Assembly (NCBI RefSeq): GCF_020618775.1 | Contig: NZ_JAESVB010000029.1 | Coordinates: 1 to 24,000 of the forward strand | DNA length: 24,000 bases | Direction: 5' to 3' | Source: Acidisoma silvae | GTDB taxonomy: Bacteria; Pseudomonadota; Alphaproteobacteria; Acetobacterales; Acetobacteraceae | Part shown: in pieces, positions 7,749 to 16,241 of the stretch | How positions within the stretch are numbered: position 1 is the first letter of the stretch | Layout of the letters: every line of letters begins with the position of its first letter | Notes under the pieces: generated by a model | Database searches by the model: none | What the model was told of the DNA's origin: nothing | The model's input: the letters and a program-made list of their open reading frames with translations, nothing else | Made by a program: the position numbers and the translations under genes

Positions 7749-8857
7749 GGCCCGGACTTCCTCTCGGTGAATGACGTTTGCGACGATAGGGTCTGGACGC
7801 CATGCATCAGGGCCTGGCCCGTCTTGGCGTCGAACAGATGCAGATCGCGCGGTGCAAAGCCAAGTGGAATGACGCTGCCTGTGCGAGCCGCAATGCGGTG
7901 ATGGGCGACGACCACGATCAGTCGCCCGCCCATGTCGAGTGCGACATGGGCTTCATCGCCCAGCCAACGGTTGGAGATGACGGTGGCAGCCCAATCGCCT
8001 TGCCCGAGCGTGATGGCGTGTGGCCTGAGACCAAGCACAACCGGCGTGCCGAGCGGCGGCAGGGTGACGCCAGGCAGTGACGCGTGGGTATTGTCATCGC
8101 CGTCCAAAATCAGGCCGCTATTGCCGACAACGGCCGGCAGCGCGTTCATGGGCGGTTCCCCGAAAAAGGTCGCGACAAACAGGTTTGCCGGCTGCTCCCG
8201 CAATTCCGTTGGTGTGCCGTATTGCTGCAGCACGCCTCCCTCCATGACGGCGATGCGGTCGGCCATGGCATTTGCTTCAGTTTGGTCATGCGTCACGAGC
8301 ACGGAGGTCAGGCCCCGCGCTTTCGTGAGGGCCTTGACCCGGCCGCGTAGAATCGCGCGCAGCTGCGGCTCCAATTGCCCCATTGGTTCATCCAGCAAAT
8401 GAAGCTCGGCGTCGCGCGCCAGCGCACGGGCCAAGGACGCCCGCTGCTGCTGGCCGCCCGAGAGGCCGGCAGGCTTGCGCTTCAGGATAGGGCCGATTTC
8501 CAGTAAATCGGCCAGTTCCCGGACGCGCTGGCGCGGGTCGAACCCCGGCTTGGCGGCAAGGCCGAAACCGATATTGTCCTCGACCGTCAAGGGTGGGTAA
8601 AGCGCATAGCCCTCGAAAGCCATGGCGACGCGACGCTGTGCCGGCGGCAGCCCATCGATGCGGCGGCCGGCCAGGGTAATGCTGCCCTCCGTCGCTGCTT
8701 CGAATCCGGCGATCATGCGTAGCGTGCTGGTCTTGCCGCAACCAGAGGAGCCGAGAAGGGCGATGAACTCACCGTCCTCAATCTGCAAGCTGAGGTCCTT
8801 CACCGCGCGCACCGTGCTGCGGCCGTAGGCTTTGCTGAGGTGGTCGAGCAGCAGCAT
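7745..8857 (-). CDS. ABC transporter ATP-binding protein, MalK/UgpC type (NBD 1)
   Basis: Walker A GSSGCGKT, signature LSGGQQQR, Walker B HLLDEP, H-loop VTHDQ, and a C-terminal MalK-like regulatory domain. The Q-loop (AFEGYALYP) and D-loop (MGQLE) are atypical. Confidence 0.95.
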   Translation of the reverse strand: MLLLDHLSKAYGRSTVRAVKDLSLQIEDGEFIALLGSSGCGKTSTLRMIAGFEAATEGSITLAGRRIDGLPPAQRRVAMAFEGYALYPPLTVEDNIGFGLAAKPGFDPRQRVRELADLLEIGPILKRKPAGLSGGQQQRASLARALARDAELHLLDEPMGQLEPQLRAILRGRVKALTKARGLTSVLVTHDQTEANAMADRIAVMEGGVLQQYGTPTELREQPANLFVATFFGEPPMNALPAVVGNSGLILDGDDNTHASLPGVTLPPLGTPVVLGLRPHAITLGQGDWAATVISNRWLGDEAHVALDMGGRLIVVVAHHRIAARTGSVIPLGFAPRDLHLFDAKTGQALMHGVQTLSSQTSFTERKSGP

Positions 8858-9978
8858 CAGGCGGCCTCCTCGGTCGCAGTGCGGGCTTCCCCAGCCAGTA
8901 GTCCCGTTTCGGTGTCATAGAGCAGGGCCGTATCGGTCTCCGGCCGAAACCAAATCGTGCTGCCGGTCTCTGGCGCCCGGCCGACCTGGCTTGCTAGAAT
9001 TTCGTCGCCGGCCTGCGTTCGCAGCAGCAGGACGACCTTCCCGTGCAGCGGCGTGACTGCGGCGATGGTCGCGGCCACGGCGCCGGGTTGAGGGTCAGCA
9101 AAGATAGCGATGCTGTCCGGGCGAAGGCCGAGCATGGCCTCACGCCCGGCTAATGCGCCTGCCATCGATAGCGTCAGATCCAGACCAAAGACGCTGACGT
9201 GCAGACCGTCATTGGCAAGCGTCGGACGGCAAGGCACCAGATTGAGCGGCGGGTCGCCGAACAGGCGTGCAACGGCGACCGATGCCGGTGCCGCATAGAC
9301 CCGTTCCGGGTCATCAAGCTGGACGATGTGGCCGTCGATCAGCACCGCGATGCGGTCGCCGAGCGCCATCGCCTCGCGATAGTCCTGGGTAACATAGACG
9401 GCGGCAGCATTGGCGCGGCGCAGCAGGCGGGGCAGTTCCATCCGCATTTCGTAGCGCAGCTTGGCATCGACATTGCGCAATGGGTCGTCCATCAGCAAGA
9501 TTTTGGGGGAGCCCACCAAGGCGCGCGCCAGGGCCGTGCGCTGCTTCTGGCCGTTGGACAGCGCGCGAGGCTGCTGGGCCAAGACATGATCGATCTTCAG
9601 AAGTTTGGCGATGGCGCTGACTTTTTCGTCAATCTCGCGCTCAGGCAGTTTGCGTGCCCGCAACGGGCTCGCGATATTTTCCCGCGCTGACATATGCGGA
9701 TAGAGCGCAAAATTCTGAAAGGCGACGCCGATGCTGCGGCCTTCCGGGCCGGCGGTGGTGACGTCGCGTCCGGCGATGGTGACGTGGCCGGTCGCATTTG
9801 GGTCAAGCCCGGCTATCGCCCTCAGCAGCACGGTCTTGCCGGAGCCGGATGGCCCAAAAAGCACCAGCGTTTCGCCGGGCGCGACCGCCAAGCTGACATC
9901 GTGCAGAACCGTGGTCTTGCCAAAGGCTGTACGTATCGCCTGCGCGTGCAGGCCGTTTTTGGTGATAGCAGTGTTCAT
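8857..9978 (-). CDS. ABC transporter ATP-binding protein, MalK type (NBD 2, degenerate catalytic motifs)
   Basis: The start is taken at MNTAITKNG (ATG 9978, ATGA overlap with the permease stop). The 97-aa Arg-rich extension in the ORF track overlaps the permease gene and was rejected. Walker A is GPSGSGKT and the Q-loop AFQNFALYP. The signature is LSNGQKQR, Walker B is LLMDDP (Glu to Asp), and the H-loop is VTQD (His to Gln). Confidence 0.9.
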   Translation of the reverse strand: MNTAITKNGLHAQAIRTAFGKTTVLHDVSLAVAPGETLVLFGPSGSGKTVLLRAIAGLDPNATGHVTIAGRDVTTAGPEGRSIGVAFQNFALYPHMSARENIASPLRARKLPEREIDEKVSAIAKLLKIDHVLAQQPRALSNGQKQRTALARALVGSPKILLMDDPLRNVDAKLRYEMRMELPRLLRRANAAAVYVTQDYREAMALGDRIAVLIDGHIVQLDDPERVYAAPASVAVARLFGDPPLNLVPCRPTLANDGLHVSVFGLDLTLSMAGALAGREAMLGLRPDSIAIFADPQPGAVAATIAAVTPLHGKVVLLLRTQAGDEILASQVGRAPETGSTIWFRPETDTALLYDTETGLLAGEARTATEEAA

Positions 9979-10832
9979 CCTTTGACGGCTCCCAGGCTCA
10001 GGCCTTCGACCAGCCAGCGCTGCGCATAGAGCGCAAGGGCGAGGGTTGGCAGGATGGAGAGCACGATGGCGGCGGCGATGATGCCATATTGAATGCCGGA
10101 GGCTGTGACGAAGGCGAGCGCGCCCACCGTCACCGGCTGCTTGTCGGCCGATGCCAGGACAAGCGCAAAGACGAAATTGTTCCAGGCGAAGATGAAGGAC
10201 AGAAGAGCGGCAGCCGCAATGCCGGGACCGGCGAGCGGGATGGCGATTTTGGTGAAGGCTTTCCACCACGAATGACCGTCGACACGATACGCATATTCGA
10301 TATCCGGGCTGGCATCTTCAAAATAGCCGCGCACGATCCAAAGTATCAAGGGCAGGCAGATCAACTGATAGATCCAGATCAGGCCCACATAGGTATTGCT
10401 GAGGCCGATATCCTGGAAATACAGCGTCAGCGGCAGCAGAACCAGCAAGGGGGGCGCAAAGCGAAAGGACAGCAGCGTGAAGGCGATATCCTCACCGCCG
10501 CGAAAGCGGAAGCGGGCGAAAGCATAGGCGGCCGGAACGCCCAGGATCAGCGCGACGAGAACCGAACAGGTTGAGAGCAGAACGGAATTCCACAAATTAT
10601 GCAGGAAGGTGATATTGATGATGCCGGTCGCGGTATTCAGCTTGCCGGACAGAAGGGCTACGTAATTCTGCAAGGTCAGATGCGGAGTCAACGTAGGCGG
10701 TACCTGCAGCACGGTCTCATTCGTCTCGAAGGACATAAGCACGATCCAGAAGATCGGGAACAGAAAGAAGACCACTACCAAAGTCAGCGCGACGCCGCGC
10801 AGACCTCGCCATAGCATGTCAGCTTGCGCCAT
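9975..10832 (-). CDS. Carbohydrate ABC transporter permease (CUT1, MalG-like)
   Basis: 285 aa with about 6 TM segments. The EAA-loop region reads EDASPDIEYAYRVDGHSWWKAFTKIAIPLAGPG. It overlaps neighbouring genes at both ends. Confidence 0.9.
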   Translation of the reverse strand: MAQADMLWRGLRGVALTLVVVFFLFPIFWIVLMSFETNETVLQVPPTLTPHLTLQNYVALLSGKLNTATGIINITFLHNLWNSVLLSTCSVLVALILGVPAAYAFARFRFRGGEDIAFTLLSFRFAPPLLVLLPLTLYFQDIGLSNTYVGLIWIYQLICLPLILWIVRGYFEDASPDIEYAYRVDGHSWWKAFTKIAIPLAGPGIAAAALLSFIFAWNNFVFALVLASADKQPVTVGALAFVTASGIQYGIIAAAIVLSILPTLALALYAQRWLVEGLSLGAVKG

Positions 10833-11742
10833 GTGCGCGCTCCCTCAGCTTCATCCATTGCCGCACGAAAACCTGGCTGAGCACATAGGTAATGGCCCAA
10901 AGCACCATAAGAATCGCGGCGGATCGCCCGACATTGGTGTAGGAAAAAAACTCGAGATAGGCTCGGACCTGAAAGACCAGCAGGCTGTTGCCCGGTCCCC
11001 CCTGCGTCATGGCATAGATGATGTCGAACTGCTGAATACTGTCGAGCGTGCGGAACAACACTGCGGTAAACAGGAACGGCGTCAGCATCGGCAGCGTGAT
11101 GCGCAGGAAGACGAATCCGGCATTCACGCCGTCTAGCTTCGCGGCCTCGAAGGGCTGTTGCGGCAGGGATCGCAAGCCTGCCAGCAGCAGGATCATCATG
11201 AAAGGCGTGTAGACCCAGATATCGACCAAAACGACGGTAAACATTGCCGTATGGGGGCTGGACGCCCATTTGAAATCAGTCACACCCACCAGCGAAATCA
11301 GCCAGCTCAGAACACCGAAACCAGGATTGGTCATCAGCTTCCACATCAGCGCAGCGATCGCCGGTGCCGTCATCAACGGCATGAGCAGCGCGATGGAGAT
11401 GATATTGTTCAACCGGCTGCGTTCCCGCAGCAGCAGCGCGATACCGAGGCCAAGTAATAGCTCAAGCACAACCGTCGAAATAGTATAGATCAGCGAGACT
11501 TGAATGGTATTCCAGAAATCAGGATCGGTAAACAAGCTGATATAGTTCCTGAACCAGATAAAGCTCCGCATATAGGGCATGGAGAGATTGTAGCGCTCAA
11601 GACTATACCAAACGGCCGTCACGAAGGGGATCAGAATACCAATGCAGACGAGCAGTGCTGGCAGGCTCAGCAGATAAGGCAAGGCACGCGGCAAGATTGG
11701 CCTGCGCGGTAGGGGGGGTGGCGTGACGGGTATCTCAGACAT
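10819..11742 (-). CDS. Carbohydrate ABC transporter permease (CUT1, MalF/UgpA-like)
   Basis: 307 aa with multiple TM segments. The EAA-loop reads FEAAKLDGVNAGFVFLRITLPMLTP. It lies between the binding-protein gene and the second permease gene. Confidence 0.9.
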   Translation of the reverse strand: MSEIPVTPPPLPRRPILPRALPYLLSLPALLVCIGILIPFVTAVWYSLERYNLSMPYMRSFIWFRNYISLFTDPDFWNTIQVSLIYTISTVVLELLLGLGIALLLRERSRLNNIISIALLMPLMTAPAIAALMWKLMTNPGFGVLSWLISLVGVTDFKWASSPHTAMFTVVLVDIWVYTPFMMILLLAGLRSLPQQPFEAAKLDGVNAGFVFLRITLPMLTPFLFTAVLFRTLDSIQQFDIIYAMTQGGPGNSLLVFQVRAYLEFFSYTNVGRSAAILMVLWAITYVLSQVFVRQWMKLRERAHGAS

Positions 11743-11799
11743 GGTCTTTTCCTCCGAAGCCTGCGGGCGAGCGCGTATCCGCGCCCGCCCGAGCCTTAA

Positions 11800-13242
11800 T
11801 CAGCCGAGGCCGGCGTCGCTCATCTGCCGGTCAGTTGCGGCGGCCAGGGCATCAAGTCCTTCACTGACGGGAATCTGCTTGGCGACCATACGCTGCAGGG
11901 CCGCTGCCCAGTCGGTCGTGACGTTGAAGAAGAGCGGCTGTGGCGTAAAGTAGATCTTCGCGTCCGGCGAAGTGACCTGATAGGTCTCCAGAAAACCGGG
12001 CACCTTCTGTTCCATATGCGCCTGGAATTCGGAATCCTTCCAGATGCTGGAACGCACCGGATCGATCATGTCATGCTCGCGTGCGCCAAACAGAAGATGA
12101 TCGGTTCCCGTCGCCCATTGCATGAACAGCCAGGTCGCATCTTTGCGCTTTGAGAAGTTGGACATGGCCAGAGACCAGATCCAGACGTTGGAAGTCGGGT
12201 GGCTCATCTCGGGATTGGGGGCGATGGGCGCAAAGCCCAGTTGCCCCTTCATCTTGGTGTCGCCTGTCGCCGTGAAATAGCCGAGGCTGTCAGCGTCATA
12301 GATCATGCCCGACGTGCCGGCGCCCAGATCCGCGCCGACTTCGTACCAGGTATAGGTTGCCCAATTCTTTGGCCCGCTATCCTGCACCATCTGCACGAAT
12401 TGCGCCGTGAATTCCTTTGATTCCTTGGAATTCACCGCAGATTTCAATTTTCCGTCGGCCACCGTGAAGTCACGCCCGCCGAAATTGGCGTAGCCCGAGA
12501 GAAAGCCCGGATGGATCGTGGCCCAGGAGCGGCTGCCGCGCAGACCCACGCCATACATGCCATTACCGCCGCTTTGCGTGATTGTCGCGGCTGTCGTCAT
12601 CAGTTCTTGCATGTTCTTGGGCGGCGTCAGCTTCAGCTTGTCGAAGACGGGCTTGTTGTAGGTCAGCATATAGACCTCGAAGCCCCAGGGCAGCGCCCAT
12701 TGCTTGGCCCCAGGGCCGCCCAAAGCGTCACCCGGCTTTCCGGACCAGCTGTCGGACGCACGCAGATTGGGCAGAATGTCTTCCCAGTCGTAATTCGGTG
12801 CAACCTTGGATTTGTCTTGCAGAAACTCATTCATATCGACGAGCCAGCCGGCTGGGCCGTATTGCCAGGTCTGGTAAGCGCCGGTCATAAAGGCATCGTA
12901 TTCTGTGGAATGGGAGGAAAGGGCGGCCGTAACTTTGTCGAAATAGACGTCCTCCGGGAAAATGTCATATGTCACGTCCATGCCCGTCAAAGTTTTGAAG
13001 GCTTCCAGATCGGCAATCATGGAGTCGGCGTAGGGATGCTTGTTTAACAAAAGCTTCAGGCTCGTGCCTTTATAGGCCTTCCAGTCAAAATCGGCCGCCA
13101 AAGCTCGTGTCGCGGTCGCATTGACGAGCATATCGGCAATGCCGGCGGTAATGCCGAGCGCGGCTAACCGCCGCATCAGGTCACGCCGCCCGATACCGCG
13201 GGCTTGAAACGCTTCACAGAGATCCTTGGCTTTTTCGTACAT
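11800..13242 (-). CDS. Extracellular solute-binding protein (family 1, sugar/polyol), twin-arginine signal
   Basis: N-terminus ..ARGIGRRDLMRRLAALGITAGIADMLVNATATRALA (RR motif, hydrophobic core, AxA site). The 480-aa mature part has the W/Y/F-rich composition typical of CUT1 binding proteins. It is the first transporter gene downstream of the AraC regulator. Confidence 0.9.
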   Translation of the reverse strand: MYEKAKDLCEAFQARGIGRRDLMRRLAALGITAGIADMLVNATATRALAADFDWKAYKGTSLKLLLNKHPYADSMIADLEAFKTLTGMDVTYDIFPEDVYFDKVTAALSSHSTEYDAFMTGAYQTWQYGPAGWLVDMNEFLQDKSKVAPNYDWEDILPNLRASDSWSGKPGDALGGPGAKQWALPWGFEVYMLTYNKPVFDKLKLTPPKNMQELMTTAATITQSGGNGMYGVGLRGSRSWATIHPGFLSGYANFGGRDFTVADGKLKSAVNSKESKEFTAQFVQMVQDSGPKNWATYTWYEVGADLGAGTSGMIYDADSLGYFTATGDTKMKGQLGFAPIAPNPEMSHPTSNVWIWSLAMSNFSKRKDATWLFMQWATGTDHLLFGAREHDMIDPVRSSIWKDSEFQAHMEQKVPGFLETYQVTSPDAKIYFTPQPLFFNVTTDWAAALQRMVAKQIPVSEGLDALAAATDRQMSDAGLG

Positions 13243-13287
13243 GATACTTCCCCTGTTTGCTTTTTTATTGATTGATAGGCGGGTATC

Positions 13288-14217
13288 TCAGGCGCCCCAG
13301 TGTCGCTCCTCAGTCACTGGGGAAGGCGGTGAAATGACGGCCGTTACCGCAAGATCCGCGATGGCGTGGTGATGATTGCGGAAAGCGCGCGGTGCCATTC
13401 CTTTATGGGCAAGAAATTGCCGATTGAAATTCGACAGATTGGCGAAACCGACCAGAAAACAGATATCGGCTATCCTTGTCTTGTCGGCAATGAGCATGTC
13501 GCAGGCGCGTTTGATGCGCATGCTGTTGACGTAATAAACGAAACTGACGCCAGCATGGCGGCGGAAGGCGCGAGAAAAGGCTGCCAGCGAATAGCCGCTG
13601 AGCGCGGCCATCTCTGTTTCATGCAATTCGGTTGCGAAATTCGATGCGATATAGTCTAGAACATGGTTGAGCGGTTGCGCCATGTAAGTCGCAGGATCGG
13701 ATCGATATGCTTGGCTCGATAAAATGCGCTTCGCCGTTGAGCGGTTCAGCACGTCAAGCAAGGCAAAAAACAAGGCGAGGCGCCGCACGCCATGGGTCGT
13801 CAGCATGTCTCGCAGCAGCGGTTCGGCGGCTTTGGCATCCTCGGCTGAAAACTGCACGCCAAACGCGGCGTCCTTAAGCAGGCCCTCGACGCAGGACATT
13901 TCAGGAAAATTGTCGCAGCAGCGCCGGACAAAATCTTCGCCGAACTGAACGATCAATCCGCGCTCTGGCACACTGGAGCCGGCTGGCACGTCGCTGATCC
14001 AATTATGCGGCAAATTGGGACCTGTCAGGATAAGATTCCCCGGTTCAAACAGGCCGACATGATCGCCGACAAAACTCCGCCCGCTGGTCGCAGTTACCAG
14101 ATGGATCTCGTATTCGGGATGAAAGTGCCAGCGTACGGTCCGATAGGGATAGCCATGCGCCCAAACAGCAAAGGACGCATCCGTATGGAGGCTGACGACT
14201 TCGAGGTCAGGCTGCAT
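13288..14217 (-). CDS. AraC-family transcriptional regulator (cupin sensor plus HTH)
   Basis: The cupin-like N-terminus reads WHFHPEYEIHLVTATSGRSFVGDH..NLPHNW. The C-terminal AraC HTH reads LSGYSLAAFSRAFRRHAGVSFVYYVNSMRIKRACDML...GFANLSNFNRQF. The start is chosen at MQPDLEV (ATG 14217). An in-frame upstream start at 14322 is possible but adds a basic, non-conserved-looking extension. Confidence 0.85.
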   Translation of the reverse strand: MQPDLEVVSLHTDASFAVWAHGYPYRTVRWHFHPEYEIHLVTATSGRSFVGDHVGLFEPGNLILTGPNLPHNWISDVPAGSSVPERGLIVQFGEDFVRRCCDNFPEMSCVEGLLKDAAFGVQFSAEDAKAAEPLLRDMLTTHGVRRLALFFALLDVLNRSTAKRILSSQAYRSDPATYMAQPLNHVLDYIASNFATELHETEMAALSGYSLAAFSRAFRRHAGVSFVYYVNSMRIKRACDMLIADKTRIADICFLVGFANLSNFNRQFLAHKGMAPRAFRNHHHAIADLAVTAVISPPSPVTEERHWGA

Positions 14218-14508
14218 TTCTGTCACTGTTCGACATAGCCGGCCGACCCGCCATGGCTTTCCCCGACGTTTAAGGGGCTTTGCACCCCTTTCATCTTTTC
14301 TTGCCAGACAGTTATCCACCAAAGCATCAGGGCGTCTACATCACGCGCTCCGGAAGACTGATACTTTTTTGTTTGTGAGAATGATCGGACTTATGGGCTT
14401 TGGCTCGTCCTGATCGGATTTGAGCCTCATGCTCTGCAGCGTCTTGCCCACGTATCAGGGCTTTCTGGTGCCCGGACTTCGCCACCCCTCCTCTGGGGGA
14501 TATCGACA

Positions 14509-15198
14509 CTAAGAATTGCCGGTCGCGACACGGATGAAGGTATTAACGATCTTTGTCCCAGCCCTGATCGTGCCACCGAGAGAGCCCGCGACCTTCGATT
14601 GGCCACCTGCACGGCACCGATATGGCATGGGCACTTCCTGAATGCGGAGCTTGGCGCGGGCCGCGCGCATTTGCATTTCGATATTCCAGCCATAGGTCAT
14701 TTCGCGTAGCGCCAAACTCTCCAGAGCGCTGCGGCTGATCGCCCGGAAGGCGCACATATCGGTGTAGCGGACGCCGTAAAGCGCACCCATGCCGAAACCG
14801 GCCAGGCGGCCAGCCAGGACCTGATGCCAAAGCATCGCCCCGGGGTCGCGCGCGCCTTCCGTGCGGGAAGCGAGCACGAAATCCAGCGCGCCGCTCAGCA
14901 CCGGCCCGGCGATGCGCGCGATGAGGTCGCCACGGTCTGCACCATCGCCATCCATGAAGACAATCACGCGGCTGCCGGGCAGGGCCGCTGCGGCGCCCAT
15001 GGCACAGGCTCGGCCATAGCCGCGGCCGGCATCCAGAACACGCGCGCCGGCCGCTGCCGCAATCTGCTGCGTGCCGTCACGACTGCCGCCATCGGCGACG
15101 ATGATATCGCCCCTGTATTCCGCCGGGATTTCGCGCACAACCGCCCCGATGCTCTCGGCTTCGTTATAGGTCGGAATGACGAGGGTTACAGGCTCCAT
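14509..15198 (-). CDS. Family-2 glycosyltransferase (soluble, polyprenol-phosphate-sugar synthase-like)
   Basis: GT-A motifs are present: VTLVIPTYNEAESI, VADGGSRDGT, GRGYGRAC and FMDGDGAD (DxD). The ATG at 15198 overlaps the rSAM stop (15186). An upstream TTG at 15219 is an alternative start. Confidence 0.85.
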   Translation of the reverse strand: MEPVTLVIPTYNEAESIGAVVREIPAEYRGDIIVADGGSRDGTQQIAAAAGARVLDAGRGYGRACAMGAAAALPGSRVIVFMDGDGADRGDLIARIAGPVLSGALDFVLASRTEGARDPGAMLWHQVLAGRLAGFGMGALYGVRYTDMCAFRAISRSALESLALREMTYGWNIEMQMRAARAKLRIQEVPMPYRCRAGGQSKVAGSLGGTIRAGTKIVNTFIRVATGNS

Positions 15199-16241
15199 CG
15201 CATACCGCAATTCTGGCAAGGGGCTGGGGGGGCGTCGGAGAGCAGGCTATCGCGGAATGCGCGATAGACGTCGCCGTTCCAGATGTCCCGCAGATCCTGC
15301 TGGGTGGCGTCGCCAAGCGTGTAATTGCTGTAGCCGCGTACCGAGAAAGGCGCGATGCAGCAGGGCAGCGCCCGGCCATGGGCGGTGAAATACATCAGCG
15401 ACCAAGGTCTGCGGCACGTCGTCCAGGCCTTGTCCTCCGCCTGTCGTTTCAGGCTGAGACCGGGTTCGGTCGCACCCGAGGCGTCGAGCGTGACGCCGAG
15501 CGGCACGGCCAGCGCCTGCGCCGCTTCGATCGCCAGGCGTTCCTCTTCTTGCGTGCTTTCGAACAGCGAATTGGCAGCGGTCGCCATGCCATAGCCCTGT
15601 TCGTCAAAGACCAGACGCTGCAAATGGACTTCGGTAATGCCCATCTGCGCGGCCAGCCTCACGAAGGCCGGCAACTGCTCCACCGTTTCCTTCAAGCCGG
15701 TCAGCCAAAGCGAGACGCGCGGCGTGGTGGCACCCACCTGCTTCTGATAGGCGATGAACTTGCCGACATCACGGACGATGCGATTGAAGAAATCCTTGCC
15801 CCGCACGCGGGCATAGGATTCGCGGTCGGCGGCATCCAGCGAAACGCGCAGTTCATCAAGGCCGGTATCGATCAGCTCCTGAAAGCGCTTCGGCTGCATC
15901 AGAGTGCCGTTGGTATTGAACAGAACATAGGTGCCGCGATCCTTCAGATAGCGGATCATCTGCGGCAGATTCTGCACCAGCATCGGCTCACCCACGCCAT
16001 GCATGACGACGCGTGCGACATTGGGGACCTGATCGACGATCTTGGTGAACAGTTCCCAGCTCATATCAGCCGGAGGCTCCAGTTCCTCGAAGGTGCGCGG
16101 GCAGGTTTCGCACAGAAGGTTGCAGCGGTTCGTGACCTCCAGATACAGGCAGACCGGCGGTGCGGTGGCGACGGAAGACCGTTTGGCGCCGATCTCCTCG
16201 AAATAGCGGCGCGGATCTTTCAGCGCGACGGAAGCGGACAT
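15186..16241 (-). CDS. Radical SAM protein with C-terminal SPASM-type Cys-rich domain
   Basis: The CxxxCxxC motif reads EVTNRCNLLCETCPR, and the SAM-binding region reads MHGVGEPML. The C-terminus CRRPWSLMYFTAHGRALPCCIAPF....LGD....LRDIWNG...FR.....PCQNCGMRW is SPASM-like. The start is taken at MSASVALKD (ATG 16241). The longer ORF-track version (16346) overlaps the upstream gene by more than 120 nt. Confidence 0.9.
   Translation of the reverse strand: MSASVALKDPRRYFEEIGAKRSSVATAPPVCLYLEVTNRCNLLCETCPRTFEELEPPADMSWELFTKIVDQVPNVARVVMHGVGEPMLVQNLPQMIRYLKDRGTYVLFNTNGTLMQPKRFQELIDTGLDELRVSLDAADRESYARVRGKDFFNRIVRDVGKFIAYQKQVGATTPRVSLWLTGLKETVEQLPAFVRLAAQMGITEVHLQRLVFDEQGYGMATAANSLFESTQEEERLAIEAAQALAVPLGVTLDASGATEPGLSLKRQAEDKAWTTCRRPWSLMYFTAHGRALPCCIAPFSVRGYSNYTLGDATQQDLRDIWNGDVYRAFRDSLLSDAPPAPCQNCGMRWSL

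Noticed and set aside
8857-10269. 470-aa version of the second ATPase with a 97-aa N-terminal extension
   Set aside because: The extension (RHPARRSRHCGCRSS...) is Arg-rich nonsense lying inside the permease gene. The internal ATG at 9978 gives a normal MalK-type N-terminus and an ATGA overlap with the permease stop.
12511-13047. 178-aa + strand ORF and similar 100-160-aa ORFs antisense to the ABC transporter genes (e.g. 9199-9690, 10089-10574, 7932-8402)
   Set aside because: All are antisense to genes with clear ABC motifs and have biased Arg/Gly/Ala/His composition. These are high-GC shadow frames.
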